Shown here: positions 28,789-39,401 of the stretch, one piece after another
Layout: every line of letters begins with the position of its first letter
How positions within the stretch are numbered: position 1 is the first letter of the stretch
NCBI GenBank assembly: GCA_002748065.1
Contig: PDRJ01000025.1
Span: forward strand, 22,454-86,453
DNA: 64,000 nucleotides
Direction of reading: 5' to 3'
Source of the DNA: Bacteroidota bacterium
Lineage (GTDB): Bacteria; Bacteroidota; Bacteroidia; Bacteroidales; BM520
Position numbers and translations under genes: made by a program
Notes under the pieces: generated by a model
The model's input: only the letters and a program-made list of their open reading frames with translations
Databases searched by the model: none
What the model was told of the DNA's origin: nothing

Positions 28789-30696
28789 TTATGAACCCTC
28801 TTTTAGTAACGTTATTACTGTTTGGTATATGGTTTCCTGGTTGATGCCACACTGGGCGTAAAGTTCTTCCGGAGAGCCCTGTTCGATAAATTGATCAGGA
28901 ATCCCCAACTTAACAACTTGCGTGGGGTATTGGTGGTCATTCACAAACTCTTGTACTGCTGACCCCAATCCTCCGATGAGGGTGCCATCTTCAATGGTAA
29001 TGATGTGGTGATGCTCTTTAAGGGCCTGGTGCAGTAGTTCCGTATCCAGGGGTTTGAGGAATCGTACATCGTAGTGCGAGATGTGGATCTGTTGTTCTTT
29101 TAACCGTTGTACTGCGGTGGCCGCAAAATTGCCGGGATGTCCCAGCGAAAGGATGGCAATATCCTTCCCTTCGGTTAGTTTTCGGCCCTTTCCGATGGGG
29201 ATTTCCATGAATGGTCGTTCCCAGTTGGTGTTGACCCCTCTTCCCCGGGGATAACGGATGGAGAAGGGGCCATGATTTTTCTGTTGTGCCGTAAACATCA
29301 AGTTGCGGAGTTCGATTTCATCCATGGGGGCTGTTACAATCATGTTGGGAATGGCCCGGAAGTAGGTGAGATCGAAAATACCGTGATGAGTGGGGCCATC
29401 TTCCCCCACCAGCCCTCCGCGGTCCATGCAAAAGATCACGGGCAGGTTTTGCAGCGCCACGTCATGGATAACCTCATCGTAGGCACGCTGCATAAAGGTA
29501 GAGTAGATATTGCAAAAGGGTATATATCCTTGTGTGGCCAGCCCGGCAGAGAAGGTTACCGCATGCTCCTCGGCAATTCCCACATCAAAACTTCGTTGAG
29601 GAAACCGTTTCATCATGATATTCATGGAGCAGCCTGTGGGCATGGCAGGAGTAATTCCGATGATCTTCTCGTTCTTCTCTGCCAGTTCCACCAGGGTTTT
29701 TCCAAATACATCCTGGTATTTGGGGGGGACTCTTTTTGCCACATTGTTCTTTTGCTGACCGGTTTTTTTATCAAACATACCGGGAGCGTGGAAAATGGTT
29801 TGATTCCTCTCTGCGGCATGGAATCCCTTCCCTTTGACGGTGTGGGTATGGAGGATCTTGGGGCCGGGGATGGATTTCAGGTCATTAAGCAGCTTGATAA
29901 GGTTGGTGATATCGTGGCCATCCACTGAGCCAAAGTATCTTATTTTAAAGGCCTCAAAAAGATTTCCCCGGTCGAAGATAGAGTTCCGAAATGCATTTTT
30001 TATCTGTCGAATGATACGGCGGCTTCCCTCTCCATACCGTCTATTTCCTCCCATAAGGCGCCAAATGCCATCCCGTAGTTTGTTATAAGCCTTGGAAGTA
30101 CGGATGTTGGTGAAATACTCCTTGATAGCTCCCACACTTTGGTCGATGGCAATGTCGTTATCGTTGAGGATAATGAGGATGTTTGTTCCTGAGACACCTG
30201 CGTTATTCAATCCCTCTAAGGAGAGTCCGTTTACGATGGAAGCGTCACCCACTACTGCAATATGTTGTTTGTCCCTCTCTCCGGAGAGTTTGCTGGCGGT
30301 AGCCATGCCCAGGGCTGCGGAGATGGCTGTGGAGGAGTGTCCCGTCCCAAAGGTATCGTATTCACTCTCTGCTCGCTTGGGAAAACCGCTAAGCCCCTTG
30401 TATGCTCTGTTGGTATGGAAACGCTCTCTTCGTCCGGTGAGAATCTTGTGTGCATAGGCCTGATGCCCCACATCCCATACCAGTTGGTCGTAAGGAGTGT
30501 TAAAGACATAGTGCAGCGCCACCGTGAGTTCGATAACGCCCAGGTTGGCACCCAGATGGCCCGGATTCTCCGAGATCACATCAATGATAAATTCACGCAG
30601 CTCGCGGCATAACTGCGGCAACTGTTCGGGAGAGAGTTTCCGTAACTCTTCCGGAGACTGGATGCTATGGAGTAAGGTCTCTTGTGGTGGGGTCAT
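28789..30696 (-). CDS. dxs: 1-deoxy-D-xylulose-5-phosphate synthase
   Basis: 635 aa with GHLGANLGVIELTVALHYVF, DVGHQAYAHKILTGRR and a TPP-binding GDASI motif. Confidence 0.97.
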   Translation of the reverse strand: MTPPQETLLHSIQSPEELRKLSPEQLPQLCRELREFIIDVISENPGHLGANLGVIELTVALHYVFNTPYDQLVWDVGHQAYAHKILTGRRERFHTNRAYKGLSGFPKRAESEYDTFGTGHSSTAISAALGMATASKLSGERDKQHIAVVGDASIVNGLSLEGLNNAGVSGTNILIILNDNDIAIDQSVGAIKEYFTNIRTSKAYNKLRDGIWRLMGGNRRYGEGSRRIIRQIKNAFRNSIFDRGNLFEAFKIRYFGSVDGHDITNLIKLLNDLKSIPGPKILHTHTVKGKGFHAAERNQTIFHAPGMFDKKTGQQKNNVAKRVPPKYQDVFGKTLVELAEKNEKIIGITPAMPTGCSMNIMMKRFPQRSFDVGIAEEHAVTFSAGLATQGYIPFCNIYSTFMQRAYDEVIHDVALQNLPVIFCMDRGGLVGEDGPTHHGIFDLTYFRAIPNMIVTAPMDEIELRNLMFTAQQKNHGPFSIRYPRGRGVNTNWERPFMEIPIGKGRKLTEGKDIAILSLGHPGNFAATAVQRLKEQQIHISHYDVRFLKPLDTELLHQALKEHHHIITIEDGTLIGGLGSAVQEFVNDHQYPTQVVKLGIPDQFIEQGSPEELYAQCGINQETIYQTVITLLKEGS

Positions 30697-30701
30697 AGCT
30701 G

Positions 30702-31016
30702 TTATAACATTCCTAAAGCCAGTTTTACTTCGTCAGAGAGGTTCTCCGGATCCCAGGCCGGCTCAAAGGTGAGTTGAATATCCACTTTTGTCACCCCTTC
30801 GATGGGGGTTAGCATCTCGTAAACCTCCTGGGGGAGCGATTCAGCCACCGGACAGTTGGGCGAGGTGAGCGTCATCACGATCCTTACAGCTCCCTGATCA
30901 TCAATATCAATGGAATAGATAAGGCCAAGATCATAAATATTTACAGGGATCTCAGGGTCGTAAATAACTTTTAGGTTTTTTATAACCTCTTTTTCTAAGT
31001 GCGCTTTATGGATCAT
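30702..31016 (-). CDS. SUF-associated DUF59 (MIP18/SufT-like) Fe-S assembly protein
   Basis: KVIYDPEIPVNIYDLGLIY...TLTSPNCPVAE. Start taken at MIHKAHLEK (31016), 4 nt after the sufE stop. The ORF-track start at 31043 would overlap sufE by 23 nt. Confidence 0.85.
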   Translation of the reverse strand: MIHKAHLEKEVIKNLKVIYDPEIPVNIYDLGLIYSIDIDDQGAVRIVMTLTSPNCPVAESLPQEVYEMLTPIEGVTKVDIQLTFEPAWDPENLSDEVKLALGML

Positions 31017-31020
31017 CTCT

Positions 31021-31437
31021 TTATGATTTAGCTTGGAACGCAAGTGCGTAAATACGAATTTGTTTGATCATCGACAAAAGGCCGTTGGAGCGGGTGGGGG
31101 AGAGGTGTTGGTGAAGACCCAACTCCTCGATGAATCCCATGTCGGCCGCCAGGATCTCCTCGGTGGTCTCATGGTTGAAAACCCTCAACAGCAATGCGGC
31201 GATTCCTTTTGTAATGATGGCATCACTATCCACGGAAAATGAAACGGTCTCCCCATCGTAAGAGGCATGTAACCACACCTTGGATTGGCACCCTTTAATG
31301 AGGTTTTCACTCACCTTATACTTCGCGTCGATGGGAGGGAGCTCCTGTCCCATCTCAATAAGATAGTTGTATTTTTCCATCCAGTCTTCGAACATCTTGA
31401 ACTCTTCAATGAGTTGTGCCGTCTTTTCTTGTATCAT
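31021..31437 (-). CDS. sufE: Cysteine desulfuration protein SufE
   Basis: 138 aa with IKGCQSKVWL, which contains the persulfide-acceptor cysteine. Confidence 0.9.
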   Translation of the reverse strand: MIQEKTAQLIEEFKMFEDWMEKYNYLIEMGQELPPIDAKYKVSENLIKGCQSKVWLHASYDGETVSFSVDSDAIITKGIAALLLRVFNHETTEEILAADMGFIEELGLHQHLSPTRSNGLLSMIKQIRIYALAFQAKS

Positions 31438-31463
31438 TATTCTTTCGTTATATCCCCAAGGGG

Positions 31464-32687
31464 TTAGAGAAACATTTCTTTTACTTTTTGCACCGCTTTC
31501 AGCAGAGCATCCACTTCACTTTTCGTATTATAAACGGAGAAAGAGGCTCGTATGGTACCGGGGATCTTAAAAAAATCCATCACCGGCTGTGCACAATGGT
31601 GTCCGGTTCTTACGGCCACGCCCAGTTGATCCATGATCGTCCCTGCATCGTAGGGGTGTACATGGTCTATGAGGAAGGATACAACACCGGTTTTTTGGGC
31701 TGCCGTTCCAATAAGGGTGATCCCCCCCTCTTCCAGAAGTCTCTCTTCACAATAGGCTACCAGTGCTTTATCGGTCTCTTCCAAGCGCTCTATGCCCACT
31801 TCCCGGATAAAGTCGATGGCCTCGCCCAACCCAATGGCACCACAGATGTTGGGGGTCCCCGCTTCAAACTTAAAGGGAAGTTGATTATAGGTCGTCCGGC
31901 TGAAAGATACCTCACTGATCATTTCACCTCCCCCCTGATAAGGGGGCATCTCTTTGAGATACTCCTCTTTCCCATATAAAACACCAATTCCTGTGGGGCC
32001 GTACATCTTATGTCCGGAGAAGCAGTAGAAGTCACAATCCAACTGCGTCACATCCACCTCCAGGTGTCCTACGGCCTGTGCGCCATCAATTAACACGGGA
32101 ATGCCCCTCTTGTGGGCCTGCATAATGAGATCCTCTAGGGGGTTTATGGTGCCTAATGCATTGGATACATGAGTGATGGCTACTAGTTTTACCTTTTCGG
32201 TTAATAATTGAGGGAGAAGTTCGGTCATTAACGCTCCATGGAGATTCATGGGAATCACTTTAAGGTGTGCGCCCCGTTCTTCACAGGCGATCTGCCAAGG
32301 CACAATATTACTGTGGTGTTCCATGGCAGAGATTAGAATCTCATCCCCTTTGGATAGATACTTCTTGCTGAAGCTACTGGCCACAAGATTGATAGATTCT
32401 GTGGTGCCTCGCGTAAAAATCACCTCGTGAGCATGTGCTGCGTGGATGAATGCCTGTACTTTCTCCCTGGCCGTTTCGTGGGCTGCTGTAGCTTGTTGAC
32501 TGAGATGGTGCACTCCCCGGTGGATGTTGCTGTTCTGGGAGGTGTAATAGGCCGTTATGGCATCAATAACCCGTTGAGGCTTTTGATTTGTGGCGGCATT
32601 ATCCAGGTAGACGATAGGTTTATGGTGTATCGTCTCGTTAAGAAGAGGAAAGAGCGAACGTATCTTTTGCGTATCCAAAACAGTCAA
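31464..32687 (-). CDS. sufS: Cysteine desulfurase SufS (group II)
   Basis: 407 aa with YLDNAATNQKP, the PLP-lysine region FSGHKMYGPTGIG, and the active-site loop RTGHHCAQP. Confidence 0.95.
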   Translation of the reverse strand: MTVLDTQKIRSLFPLLNETIHHKPIVYLDNAATNQKPQRVIDAITAYYTSQNSNIHRGVHHLSQQATAAHETAREKVQAFIHAAHAHEVIFTRGTTESINLVASSFSKKYLSKGDEILISAMEHHSNIVPWQIACEERGAHLKVIPMNLHGALMTELLPQLLTEKVKLVAITHVSNALGTINPLEDLIMQAHKRGIPVLIDGAQAVGHLEVDVTQLDCDFYCFSGHKMYGPTGIGVLYGKEEYLKEMPPYQGGGEMISEVSFSRTTYNQLPFKFEAGTPNICGAIGLGEAIDFIREVGIERLEETDKALVAYCEERLLEEGGITLIGTAAQKTGVVSFLIDHVHPYDAGTIMDQLGVAVRTGHHCAQPVMDFFKIPGTIRASFSVYNTKSEVDALLKAVQKVKEMFL

Positions 32688-32689
32688 GG

Positions 32690-34096
32690 TTAAATTTTAC
32701 TTAAATCAATGGGAAAGGTGACTTCATGATCTTTGGTATTGCAATGAAGGACACATGTTTCGCAAATATCCAACTCTCCGTTGAGTCGTTTTTTCATCAT
32801 ATCATCAATTTGATCTTTAAGGTTCTCTATGGTGATTTCATTGATGATTTCTGCGGCAAAAGCGTAGCGTAAGAGTATCTTGGCATTGGCTTCGCTGATC
32901 CCCCTGGAGCGGAGATAAAAGAGTGCCTCTCTATCCAGTTGGCCTACGGTGGCACCGTGGCTACACTTCACATCATCAGCATAAATCTCCAAAAAGGGCT
33001 TGGCAATGGCATTCGCTTTTTCCGAGAGCAGTAGATTTTTGCTGTTCTGATAAGCGATGGTTTTTTGTGCATCTTTTTTTACCCTGATATGCCCATTAAA
33101 GACCGCTGTGGCTCGGTCGTCCACAAGCCCTTTGAAAAGTTCGTTGCTATAGCAGTTGGGCGCATCATGATTTATTAAGACCTGGTTATCAATATGCTGC
33201 GTTTTGTCTACGAGGTATAGCCCCATAATGTTGCAGCGGCTCTCCGGTTCAGAAAGCGTGGTGTGAGTGTAGTTGCGTACCAATCCGCCATTGAAGGTGA
33301 TGCTGTTACTCACCACCTCACTGCCGCCCCGCTGCAAAACAAACACCTGGTTGTTCAGCGAGGTGACATTATTCAAATTCTGGAGTTTATAATGATCTAC
33401 GGAGCCCCCCTTTTCCACAATGACCTCTGTCAAGGTGTTGCAGAAAGCGGCCTGCCTGGAATAGGAGTCGTCGCAATGCACAATGCGTACGCGGCTGTTC
33501 TCTCCAACGATGATTAGGTTTCGGATGTTGGAAAAGAGCTTCTCGTTGCTGTTGTGAAGGTTAACAATCTGTATGGACTCCTCCATTATCACATTATCAG
33601 GAATATAGACAAAGACACCATCACCGGCCATGGCCGTATTGAGGGCAACTAGCCCGTCGGAAGGTTCCCCTGTCGCAGTGCCGAAGTACTCCGTAAAGAG
33701 TTGGGGGTAATGTTTTTTTGCTTCTGCAAAACTTCCCACCACAACGCCATTATCCAACTGCTTGAGAGGGCTCTGATGGTAGACGTGGTATCCGTTGAGT
33801 GTAGTCACCATAAGGGTGTCGAAGTTGGGCATCTTGCATTTAAAAAATGCCTCCACATCCATCTGTCTATTTTCCGGTTCAGGACTACAACGAAAATCCT
33901 GCTCTAGTGTAGAACGAATATCGGTGTTCTTCCAGGACTCCAACTCTTTGTCGGGAAGGCCTTGTTGCACAAAGGCTTCAAAGGCTCTCTGTCGAACTCT
34001 CTTTATTTGAGGTGTATCGTTTTGAAAAAGCACCTGTTTGTGTGCTTCAAAGTAGGAGGTGATACGCTCCGTTATCGTATTATTTTTCGAGTACAT
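32690..34096 (-). CDS. sufD: Fe-S cluster assembly protein SufD
   Basis: 468 aa. Beta-helix SufB/D family C-terminus (AKPFLEIYADDVKCSHGATVGQLD) in the canonical operon position. Confidence 0.9.
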   Translation of the reverse strand: MYSKNNTITERITSYFEAHKQVLFQNDTPQIKRVRQRAFEAFVQQGLPDKELESWKNTDIRSTLEQDFRCSPEPENRQMDVEAFFKCKMPNFDTLMVTTLNGYHVYHQSPLKQLDNGVVVGSFAEAKKHYPQLFTEYFGTATGEPSDGLVALNTAMAGDGVFVYIPDNVIMEESIQIVNLHNSNEKLFSNIRNLIIVGENSRVRIVHCDDSYSRQAAFCNTLTEVIVEKGGSVDHYKLQNLNNVTSLNNQVFVLQRGGSEVVSNSITFNGGLVRNYTHTTLSEPESRCNIMGLYLVDKTQHIDNQVLINHDAPNCYSNELFKGLVDDRATAVFNGHIRVKKDAQKTIAYQNSKNLLLSEKANAIAKPFLEIYADDVKCSHGATVGQLDREALFYLRSRGISEANAKILLRYAFAAEIINEITIENLKDQIDDMMKKRLNGELDICETCVLHCNTKDHEVTFPIDLSKI

Positions 34097-34106
34097 GGGT
34101 GACGTC

Positions 34107-34853
34107 TTATAGGGTTTCTTTCAACCATTCATAGCCCTTCTGTTCCAGTTCCAATGCCAGTTCCTTCCCTCCCGATCGTACAATATGGCCTTCATAGAGA
34201 ACGTGCACCACATCCGGCACAATGTAATCCAAAAGTCGTTGATAGTGGGTGATGACGATAAAGGCATTGTCGTTACTACGTAACTTATTGACTCCACTGG
34301 CCACAACCCGCAGGGCATCAATATCCAATCCGGAATCGGTTTCATCGAGAATGGCCAGAGAGGGTTCCAACATTGCCATTTGGAAGATCTCGTTCTTTTT
34401 CTTCTCTCCTCCGGAGAACCCTTCGTTCACGGAACGATTGGTGAGTTTGCTGTGGATCTCCACCAGCTTCTTCTTCTCCTCCATCTTCTTTAGAAAGGCG
34501 GCTCCCGGTAGGGGATCCAGACCGTGATAGGCCTGTCTCTCGTTGAGGGCCGTCCGCATGAAGTTGACCATGCTCACGCCCGGAATCTCCACGGGGTATT
34601 GAAAGCTGAGAAAAATCCCCTCGTTAGCCCGTTCGTCGGCCTCCATCTTAAGCAAGTCTTTTTTCTTGTAGGTGATGCTGCCCTTCTCTATGACGTAACC
34701 ACTCTTTCCGGCAATAATGTTGGCAAGGGTACTTTTCCCGGTACCGTTGGGGCCCATGATGGCATGAACTTCGCCCTTATTTACTTGTAAGTTTAATCCG
34801 TTAAGGATCCGTTTGTTATCTATTGAAACCGTTAGGTCTTTAATATTGAGCAT
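34107..34853 (-). CDS. sufC: Fe-S cluster assembly ATPase SufC
   Basis: Start at MLNIKDLTVSI (34853), giving 248 aa. Walker A GPNGTGKST, FSGGEKKKNEI and ILDETDSGLD. The longer track ORF (to 35075) is an open-frame extension overlapping sufB. Confidence 0.95.
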   Translation of the reverse strand: MLNIKDLTVSIDNKRILNGLNLQVNKGEVHAIMGPNGTGKSTLANIIAGKSGYVIEKGSITYKKKDLLKMEADERANEGIFLSFQYPVEIPGVSMVNFMRTALNERQAYHGLDPLPGAAFLKKMEEKKKLVEIHSKLTNRSVNEGFSGGEKKKNEIFQMAMLEPSLAILDETDSGLDIDALRVVASGVNKLRSNDNAFIVITHYQRLLDYIVPDVVHVLYEGHIVRSGGKELALELEQKGYEWLKETL

Positions 34854-34884
34854 ATGATAATTTATTAAGGTATTTAACTTTTTT

Positions 34885-36339
34885 CTAACCCACACTCCCT
34901 TCGATGCTGATGGCCAGTAGCTTTTGAGCCTCCACCGCAAATTCCATGGGTAATTTATTGAGCACCTCTTTGGCGTAGCCATTGACAATAAGTCCGATGG
35001 CACTCTCCGTAGAGATTCCACGTTGATTGCAGTAGAAGAGCTGATCTTCAGAGATTTTAGAGGTTGTTGCTTCATGTTCTATGATAGAAGAGGGGTTCTC
35101 TGCAAGAATGTAGGGATAGGTATGTGCACCACATTGATCCCCCAGGAGGAGAGAGTCACATTGGCTATAGTTGCGTGAATTGGTCGCTTTTTTTATCATC
35201 TTGACCAGCCCCCGGTAGCTGTTATCGCTGTGGCCGGCGGAGATTCCTTTGGAGATGATGGTACTTTTGGTGTTGCGCCCCAGGTGAATCATCTTGGTGC
35301 CGGTGTCTGCCTGTTGATAGTTGTTGGTGACAGCCACCGAGTAAAATTCTCCGATAGAGTTGTCTCCCAGGAGAATACAACTGGGGTATTTCCAGGTTTT
35401 TGCAGAACCGGTTTCCACCTGTGTCCAAGAGAGTTTGGCATTATTGCCTTTGCAGATACCCCGTTTTGTGACAAAATTGTAGATTCCTCCCTTTCCCTCT
35501 TTGTCTCCGGGATACCAGTTTTGCACGGTGCTGTATTTCACTTCAGCATCTTTCATGACGACGATCTCCACAATGGCTGCATGAAGTTGATTCTCGTCGC
35601 GTTGGGGAGCAGTGCACCCCTCCATGTAAGAGACATACGACTCCTCCTCCGCCACAATCAAGGTGCGCTCAAATTGCCCTGTTCCGGCCGTATTGATCCG
35701 GAAATAGGTAGAGAGGTCCATGGGGCAGCGTACCCCTTTGGGAATATAACAGAAGGAGCCGTCGCTAAAAACGGCTGAGTTTAGCGCTGCAAAATAGTTA
35801 TCGTTAGCTGGAACCACCGAACCCATATAGCGTTTTACCAACTCGGGGTGGTTTTGTACCGCTTCGGAAAATGAGCAGAAGATGATCCCATACTTTTCAA
35901 GAGTATCCTGGAAGGTGGTTTTGACCGATACCGAATCAAATACGGCATCGACTGCCACTCCGGCAAGACGCTTCTGCTCTTCCAGGGAGATACCCAGCTT
36001 ATTAAAGGTTTTGAGAAGCTCCGGATCCACCTCGTCCAAACTATCGTATTTAGGCATCTCTTTGGGCGCTGCATAGTAGCTGATCGATTGGAAGTCAATG
36101 GGGGGGATGTGAAGGTGTGCCCACTCCGGTATTTTCATGGATTGCCATTTTTGGAAGGCATTTAATCGGAAGGTTAAGAGCCATTCCGGCTCATTCTTTT
36201 TTTGAGAGATATATCTTATGGTCTCCTCCGTAAGCCCCGCTGGGGCAATCTCCATCTCCACGTCTGTTACAAAGCCATATTTGTAGTCACTTTGCGTGAC
36301 ATCCTTCAGAATCTTGTCCTGTTGTGTCTCTTTGACCAT
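34885..36339 (-). CDS. sufB: Fe-S cluster assembly scaffold SufB
   Basis: 484 aa. Highly conserved SufB sequence throughout, for example YSTVQNWY and [10 protein letters not shown]. Confidence 0.97.
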   Translation of the reverse strand: MVKETQQDKILKDVTQSDYKYGFVTDVEMEIAPAGLTEETIRYISQKKNEPEWLLTFRLNAFQKWQSMKIPEWAHLHIPPIDFQSISYYAAPKEMPKYDSLDEVDPELLKTFNKLGISLEEQKRLAGVAVDAVFDSVSVKTTFQDTLEKYGIIFCSFSEAVQNHPELVKRYMGSVVPANDNYFAALNSAVFSDGSFCYIPKGVRCPMDLSTYFRINTAGTGQFERTLIVAEEESYVSYMEGCTAPQRDENQLHAAIVEIVVMKDAEVKYSTVQNWYPGDKEGKGGIYNFVTKRGICKGNNAKLSWTQVETGSAKTWKYPSCILLGDNSIGEFYSVAVTNNYQQADTGTKMIHLGRNTKSTIISKGISAGHSDNSYRGLVKMIKKATNSRNYSQCDSLLLGDQCGAHTYPYILAENPSSIIEHEATTSKISEDQLFYCNQRGISTESAIGLIVNGYAKEVLNKLPMEFAVEAQKLLAISIEGSVG

Positions 36340-36468
36340 TACATTACGTTTTAGAATCGTTTTCAGATGAGGCTGCGAATTTACAAAATTCCCCGCTTTT
36401 CATCGCTACGATTGCATTAGTAACACGTTATAACAACGTAAAAGCCAAAATGATTGCTGTTGTTTTCG

Positions 36469-36476
36469 TACTTTTG
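36469..36476 (+). promoter_or_regulatory. Candidate -7 promoter box (TACTTTTG) for thiL-uvrC
   Basis: TAnnTTTG match 16 nt upstream of the ATG at 36493. Confidence 0.4.
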
Positions 36477-36492
36477 TATAAAAATTGAAAAA

Positions 36493-37533
36493 ATGTTTGA
36501 AAAAAGGGAGGATAAAACCCCGCTTTCAGCGTTGGGTGAGTTTGGATTGATAGACCATCTAACCAAGGGGATTACGCGAGTTAATGATACGACGGAGGTG
36601 GGCGTGGGTGATGATTGCGCCGTGCTTAATCCCTCCGGAAAAAAAATGTTGATCACCACAGACCTATTGCTCGAAAATGTACATTTCGATTTGAGTTATA
36701 CCCCGCTGAAGCACTTAGGCTATAAGGCGGTGGCTGTAAATCTCTCGGATATCGTTGCGATGATGGGAAAGCCGGAGCAGGTTGTCGTGAGTATTGCCGT
36801 GAGCTCGAAGTTTACCGTGGAAGCTGTTGATGAGATTTATAAAGGAATTAACCTTTGTTGCAAGCGCTATGGCGTAGATCTGGTGGGAGGAGATACCACC
36901 ACCAGCACCTCCGGATTGATGATTTCCATCAGTGCGGTGGGGGTGGCTCGTGATGACGCGTATGTGCTGCGCTCCGGGGCACAACAGGGCGACCTGGTCT
37001 GTTTGAGTGGGGATGTGGGTGCCTCCTACATGGGGCTTTTGTTGCTGCAACGCGAAAAAGAGGTTTGGAAAGCGAACCCCCGGATGCAACCGGACCTGGC
37101 CGGGTATGACTATATCCTGGAGCGTCATTTGAAGCCCGAACCTCGTACCGACATCGTGAAGTTGTTGCAAGAGCATGAGGTCCAACCCACCTCAATGATT
37201 GATGTCTCGGATGGGGTTGCTTCCGAGATTTTGCACCTCTGTAAACAGTCAAAGAAAGGGTGTACACTCTATGAGGAGAAACTACCCATAGACCCTCAGA
37301 CGATTTCCCTGTGCGAATCATTTAAGATGAATCCGGTGACAGCTGCAATGAATGGGGGAGAGGATTATGAGTTGCTCTTTACCATCGCCCAGAAAGATTA
37401 CCCCAAGATTGAGGCAATGAAGGAGATTGCGGTTATTGGTCATATGACGGAAGAGGCTTCCGGTGCCATTCTCGTTTCCCATGATAATGTGGTAGTGCCT
37501 ATTGAAGCCCAGGGCTGGAATCATCTGAAATAG
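36493..37533 (+). CDS. thiL: Thiamine-monophosphate kinase
   Basis: Start at MFEKREDKTPLSALGEFGLIDHL. AIR-synthase-like fold motifs GDDCAVL and GGDTT. Confidence 0.9.
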   Translation: MFEKREDKTPLSALGEFGLIDHLTKGITRVNDTTEVGVGDDCAVLNPSGKKMLITTDLLLENVHFDLSYTPLKHLGYKAVAVNLSDIVAMMGKPEQVVVSIAVSSKFTVEAVDEIYKGINLCCKRYGVDLVGGDTTTSTSGLMISISAVGVARDDAYVLRSGAQQGDLVCLSGDVGASYMGLLLLQREKEVWKANPRMQPDLAGYDYILERHLKPEPRTDIVKLLQEHEVQPTSMIDVSDGVASEILHLCKQSKKGCTLYEEKLPIDPQTISLCESFKMNPVTAAMNGGEDYELLFTIAQKDYPKIEAMKEIAVIGHMTEEASGAILVSHDNVVVPIEAQGWNHLK

Positions 37534-37541
37534 CAGAAAAT

Positions 37542-39353
37542 ATGGTGGTGAGTCCCCGGTTGGAAAGGCTAAATGTTATCGTTCGGGCGTTACCCGATAG
37601 GCCGGGAGTATACCGTTTTTATAACAGTAGTGAGGAGATTATCTATGTGGGAAAGGCCAAAAGCCTCAAAAAGCGCGTCTCCTCCTATTTTAATAAAGAG
37701 TCTTCCCACTCGGGGAAGGTGCGTGTATTGGTCTCCCATATTCACGATATCCGCACAACCGTCGTAGATACGGAGATGGATGCGCTCCTTTTGGAAAATA
37801 ACCTCATCAAAAAATATCAGCCCCGTTATAATATCCAGCTGAAGGATGATAAGACCTTCCCGTGGATCTGTATTCGTAAGGAACCTTTTCCGCGGGTCTT
37901 TGCCACTCGGAATCCGGTGAAAGACGGATCGGAATATTTTGGTCCCTTTGCTTCGGTCAAGATGATGAATATGTTGTTGGATTTGATGCGTCAGCTTTAT
38001 CCTCTTCGTACCTGTCGTCATCACCTTTCGCCACAGCATATTGAAAGAGGAAAGTTTTCTGTCTGTCTGCAATACCATATTAAAAACTGCTTGGGCCCCT
38101 GTGAAGGGCTTCAAAGTGAGGAGGATTACAACCAGTCTATTGCGCATATCCGTTCCGTGATTAAGGGGAATATTGGTGAGGTGATACGAAAGATGAAGCA
38201 GATGATGAAAGCCTATGCGGCAAAGATGGAGTTTGAGAATGCCCAGGCCGTTAAGGAAAAATTGGAGCTGTTGGAGTCCTATAAGAGTAAATCCACCATC
38301 GTAAGTACCACGATTCATAATGTGGATGTCCTCTCCATACAGACTGATGACAAGTTGGGATATGTGAATTTTTTAAAGGTGGTTGACGGAGCCATTGTAC
38401 AGACACACACGATCGAGATGAAAAAGCGCCTTGAGGAGAGTAAAGAGGAGTTGCTGGCTTTTGCCATCGCCGCTTTACGCTCGCGCTTCAACAGCAATGC
38501 CACGGAGTTGGTCGTTCCTTTTGTACCAGAAACGGTGATCCCCGGGGTAAAATATACCGTTCCCAAGCGTGGGGATAAGAAGTCGTTACTGGAATTGTCA
38601 GACCGGAATGTGCGTTTTTATCGGCTGGAGAAACAGAAACGCCACGATTTGGTGGATCCGGAGAGGCACACGCGCCGGGTGATGGAGACTATGAAACGTG
38701 ACCTGCGTTTGAAGGAAGAGCCTCGCCATATTGAGTGCTTTGACAACAGCAACTTTCAGGGGGATTATCCCGTAGCGGCCATGGTTTGTTTTAAGCATGG
38801 AAAGCCCTCTAAAAGCGATTATCGCCACTATAACGTGAAGACGGTGGAGGGACCCGATGACTTTGCTTCCATGGAAGAGATTATTTTTCGCCGCTACGAC
38901 TATTTGCAACGGGAGGGGTTGCCTATGCCTCAACTGATCCTGGTGGATGGCGGGAAGGGACAGCTTAGTGCGGCCCTAAAAAGTCTTGAAAAGCTGGGGC
39001 TTCGCGGAAAGATTGCCATCCTTGGCATTGCTAAACGTCTTGAGGAACTCTATTTTCCCGGCGATTCTCTACCCCTCTATTTGGATAAAAAGTCAGAGAC
39101 GTTGAAGGTGTTACAACGCCTCCGTGATGAGGCACACCGTTTTGGTATTACGCACCACCGTAAGCGACGAGATAAGGGAACCTTGAAGAGTGCACTTACG
39201 GATATCCCCTCCATCGGAGTAGCTTCGGCAACCTTGCTGCTCAAGGAATTTCACTCGTTGAAGCGGATAAAAGAGGCTTCGGAGCCGGAGCTCGCCGCTG
39301 TGGTGGGTAAGGTCAGAGCCCGTGCCATTGTAACCTATTTTTCGGAATCATAA
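37542..39353 (+). CDS. uvrC: Excinuclease ABC subunit C
   Basis: 603 aa: GIY-YIG (PGVYRFYNSSEEIIYVGKA), UVR domain, endonuclease V-like domain and C-terminal HhH. Confidence 0.95.
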   Translation: MVVSPRLERLNVIVRALPDRPGVYRFYNSSEEIIYVGKAKSLKKRVSSYFNKESSHSGKVRVLVSHIHDIRTTVVDTEMDALLLENNLIKKYQPRYNIQLKDDKTFPWICIRKEPFPRVFATRNPVKDGSEYFGPFASVKMMNMLLDLMRQLYPLRTCRHHLSPQHIERGKFSVCLQYHIKNCLGPCEGLQSEEDYNQSIAHIRSVIKGNIGEVIRKMKQMMKAYAAKMEFENAQAVKEKLELLESYKSKSTIVSTTIHNVDVLSIQTDDKLGYVNFLKVVDGAIVQTHTIEMKKRLEESKEELLAFAIAALRSRFNSNATELVVPFVPETVIPGVKYTVPKRGDKKSLLELSDRNVRFYRLEKQKRHDLVDPERHTRRVMETMKRDLRLKEEPRHIECFDNSNFQGDYPVAAMVCFKHGKPSKSDYRHYNVKTVEGPDDFASMEEIIFRRYDYLQREGLPMPQLILVDGGKGQLSAALKSLEKLGLRGKIAILGIAKRLEELYFPGDSLPLYLDKKSETLKVLQRLRDEAHRFGITHHRKRRDKGTLKSALTDIPSIGVASATLLLKEFHSLKRIKEASEPELAAVVGKVRARAIVTYFSES

Positions 39354-39358
39354 AAAAA

Positions 39359-39380
39359 GGCCGTCCACGATGGAACGGCC
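39359..39380. terminator. Bidirectional hairpin terminator between uvrC and the tonB-like gene
   Basis: ggccgtcca-cga-tggaacggcc (one bulged A), preceded by an A-run and followed by a T-rich tract. Confidence 0.65.
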
Positions 39381-39401
39381 TTCTCTTTATTGGTAAATCA
39401 A

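Noticed and set aside
34854-35075. N-terminal extension of the sufC ORF (track start at 35075)
   Set aside because: The extension overlaps the sufB 3' end in another frame. SufC homology begins at MLNIKDLTV (34853), which gives the expected ~248 aa.
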